Below are positions 61,710 through 64,000 of a stretch of 64,000 nt of DNA, piece after piece; position 1 is the first letter of the stretch; every line of letters begins with the position of its first letter. The DNA comes from an uncultured Solirubrobacterales bacterium. Lineage in GTDB: Bacteria > Actinomycetota > Thermoleophilia > Solirubrobacterales > Solirubrobacteraceae. The notes beneath the pieces are model-generated. The model worked only from the letters and a program-made list of their open reading frames with translations, made no database searches and was not told the origin of the DNA. A program made the position numbers and the translations under genes. The stretch lies in assembly GCA_963695305.1 (NCBI GenBank), contig OY968774.1, positions 1,640,471 to 1,704,470 on the forward strand, read 5' to 3'.

Positions 61710-62105
61710 TCATGTGATCGGTCGGACAGAGATGCCCGCTTCTACAGCGAGACTCGCCTGGCGCGCGTCGAGCGTGTGCAACGCGCGGCCGGTGGCGGCG
61801 GCCGTAGCGATGATCAACAAGTCGGTTGCCTTGGTAGTGCGCCCGGCGGAGCGTGCCGTGGCGAGCACGTCGCCATAGTGCTCAGCGACGGTCTCATCGA
61901 CCGGGATCGGCTCGAAAGCGTCACGAACTGCATTGAAGCGTCTCTGGCGTGCGGCGCGTGTCGAGGGATCGCTTGCGAGCCGCACACCCGCTCGCAACTC
62001 GCCCAACGTGATCACCGAGATAGCCACCGTCTCGGGCACGTCATCGACTTGCAGTGAGGTATAGCCGTCGATGACGACGGACGTGTCGAGCAGCGCTCCG
62101 CTCAA
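61710..62105 (-). CDS. vapC: VapC/PIN-domain toxin
   Basis: LLDTSVVI, SVITLGEL, DLLIIATA, LHTLD; TTGA overlap with antitoxin stop. Confidence 0.92.
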   Translation of the reverse strand: MSGALLDTSVVIDGYTSLQVDDVPETVAISVITLGELRAGVRLASDPSTRAARQRRFNAVRDAFEPIPVDETVAEHYGDVLATARSAGRTTKATDLLIIATAAATGRALHTLDARQASLAVEAGISVRPIT

Positions 62106-62380
62106 GGACGATCCCAAGGATCGCCGACCGGCTCCTCATGAGTACGCATCGCGGCGACGTCCGTTGCAAAGGCCCCGTCGACGGGTGTGTCGGCGAGGAT
62201 CGCGCGGAAGGTGTCGCGATCGACATCCAGTCGGCGCGCGTGGGGACGATCAGTGGGACCCAGGCGAGCCACGGCGCGGCCGCGCACGGTGATGGTGAAC
62301 TCCGTGCCGGACTCAGCATCTCGAAGAACCTCCGCGATGTTGTTGCGCAGCTCTCGCTGTGGGATGGTGCGACTCTCCAT
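62102..62380 (-). CDS. vapB: Phd/YefM family antitoxin
   Basis: RELRNNIAEVL..AE.G....IT.RGR.VARL.P. Confidence 0.9.
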   Translation of the reverse strand: MESRTIPQRELRNNIAEVLRDAESGTEFTITVRGRAVARLGPTDRPHARRLDVDRDTFRAILADTPVDGAFATDVAAMRTHEEPVGDPWDRP

Positions 62381-62383
62381 AGT

Positions 62384-62400
62384 TGCTACACAGCGTAGCA
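62384..62400. promoter_or_regulatory. TA autorepression operator TGCTAC-N5-GTAGCA overlapping the -10 (TACGCT on minus strand)
   Basis: Perfect 6-bp inverted repeat 3 nt upstream of the antitoxin ATG. Confidence 0.65.
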
Positions 62401-62402
62401 GT

Positions 62403-63899
62403 TCAGATTGCGTGCGGAAACGGCTGGCTGGCAACGCGCTCCGCTGTCTTTGTGGTCGGATGGTTGTTCCGTTGCCACGCGGTCAAATATGCCGCGAACT
62501 GTTCGCCGGCCGCCTCGATTTCGCCGGGCAGTAGGTGCGTGTAGCGGTCGTCGGTGATCGAGCCGTGCCCCTTGTCGGTTGTGGCGGTGCTCGCGTGCCC
62601 CATGAGCACGCTTCGTGTCTTGAGGTCGATGCCCGCTGCTCGCAGCCAGCTAGAAGCGGTGTGTCGGGACTCATGAAGCCGGATGGGTGTGAGCTTCTTG
62701 GCGTCCCATGCCTTGTCGGCGCGGGCGTACAGGGCGCTTGGGCTGAGCTTGCCGCCGCTGGGTACTCGGGGCTTGCGAGCGGGACAAACTAGCTGTCTTT
62801 CGGTTGGCTGTCCCTGGCGCTTCCACTCGGTTCGCAGGATTCTCCTTAGCCGCGGAATGAGCGGGAAGGCTCGCGTGGCAGCGTCGCTCTTGGCGTACTC
62901 CTCGTCGTTTGCGAGGTAGACCATTTTTGCCGCCCAGTCGACCTCGGCCCATGTGAGATTGAGGATCTCCTGGCTTCGTGCCGTTGAGTACCCGGCGAGC
63001 GCGAACGGTACGGCGTCGGCCGGGTCAAGCGCGAGTAGTAGTTCGTGGAATTCGAGGGGCGTGGCGACGCGGTCTCGCGGCGACTCGCCAACCGCTGGCA
63101 GGAGGACATTGTTGATTGGTGAGTTCTGTGCGAGTTCCCGTGCGATCGCGTAGGTGTAGAGCGATCGCAGTGCGTTCAGGACGTTCCTGATGCGGCTGCC
63201 GGAGAGCCCTTCGGCGACCATCTCGTCTACGAGCGTTTGTACCTGGCCGCGGCGCACCTTGTCGAGCGGCAGCGGTCCGAGTTCCTGCTCGATGTGGCCC
63301 CTCAGAGCGCCCTCGATCGTGCGCGTCGCGCTCTTCTTGTACGGCTTGCCGCGCTTGTTCAATGCGGTGCCATCTTTGATCGCGAGGAGGAACCGGTTGC
63401 AGGCCTCGTTGACCTTGATGCTCCGTATGGAGGCAGAGCGTCCGCTCTTTAGCGTGGCTCGCATCTCCTGCTGCCATGCGATGCAGTCTGATGGGGTACG
63501 GAAGGTGGGGGAGTGCACCGGTCGGCGGCGTTCTGGATCCCATACCCGGGCCACGTAGCCGGGTTTGCAGCGGCAGCGCTTGCCTTCGTGGGCGGGACAT
63601 CCGGCCTGGTGGCGGACGACCACACACGGCCAGCGAGTGCGTTTGTCAGCACGGCGACCGTCCTTCTTGCGAGCGCGTTGTTCGGGCGACACCCGCTGGG
63701 TGGTGGTGCGATCGTCTACCCACTGCTCCAGATCCCTGATTGGATACAGCGTGAGCTGGCCGGAGCGGACTAACGGTAGGCTCGGCTGCACGTAGCGTTC
63801 GAAATGCGAGACGCTCATGGCGAGCGCGGCTGCTGCTTGCTTCTTGCTGAGCAGCACCCGGTGCTGTGGCGGTGTCGCTGCGGTCGCCCGGGAAGGCAT
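62403..63899 (-). CDS. Tyrosine recombinase/integrase with N-terminal excisionase-like HTH
   Basis: Catalytic R (STARSQEI), K (AKS), HESRH, MGH, RYTH; N-terminal LLSKKQAAAALAMS...LYPIRDLEQWV. Confidence 0.92.
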   Translation of the reverse strand: MPSRATAATPPQHRVLLSKKQAAAALAMSVSHFERYVQPSLPLVRSGQLTLYPIRDLEQWVDDRTTTQRVSPEQRARKKDGRRADKRTRWPCVVVRHQAGCPAHEGKRCRCKPGYVARVWDPERRRPVHSPTFRTPSDCIAWQQEMRATLKSGRSASIRSIKVNEACNRFLLAIKDGTALNKRGKPYKKSATRTIEGALRGHIEQELGPLPLDKVRRGQVQTLVDEMVAEGLSGSRIRNVLNALRSLYTYAIARELAQNSPINNVLLPAVGESPRDRVATPLEFHELLLALDPADAVPFALAGYSTARSQEILNLTWAEVDWAAKMVYLANDEEYAKSDAATRAFPLIPRLRRILRTEWKRQGQPTERQLVCPARKPRVPSGGKLSPSALYARADKAWDAKKLTPIRLHESRHTASSWLRAAGIDLKTRSVLMGHASTATTDKGHGSITDDRYTHLLPGEIEAAGEQFAAYLTAWQRNNHPTTKTAERVASQPFPHAI

Positions 63900-64000
63900 T
63901 TCTTCGAGGGTACGACGGCAACGGCACGTAGCCGAACGGATACAAGCCCATCAATCTGCAGAACTCGTGGTTCTCCAAAACCGCAACGTTGGCGTGGCGT

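Larger units (their letters stand above)
46277..64000. mobile_element. Integrated genomic island (defence island) inserted at tRNA-Cys; extends beyond the window
   Basis: att fragment on the left, tyrosine integrase at the right, defence/TA cargo, visibly less GC-rich in places (not computed). Confidence 0.8.

Overview
High-GC actinobacterial window; gene content is suggestive of Thermoleophilia/Solirubrobacterales, which is an inference. Bases 1 to ~46.2 kb are mostly core or ordinary accessory genes: polA 3' end, rpsA, coaE, uvrB, divIVA-like, uvrA, panCDB, udg, tsaEB-rimI-tsaD, rex, YbdK ligase, hppA, APC-USP carrier plus two TrkA, tRNA-Gln(CTG), ABC and MFS exporters, msrB, amt, msrA and a GGDEF protein. 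At 46236-46276 lies only the 3' half of a tRNA-Cys, cut at the anticodon loop, which marks an att site. From there to the window end is an integrated defence-type island. It carries an HTH plus unknown-protein pair, an AlkZ-like glycosylase, a soluble GAF histidine kinase converging on a membrane protein and a receiver-HicB-like fusion, and a wHTH/AbiJ-like/Ymh-HEPN (TIGR02391-like) protein. It also carries a decayed vapC relic, a complete AVAST type III (Avs3a/Avs3b) system, a vapBC pair and a tyrosine integrase fused to an excisionase-like HTH. The best candidates for undescribed biology are the kinase/REC-HicB module, the three-domain HEPN protein and the HTH plus QGD-motif pair. All family calls are from motif recognition, not database searches.
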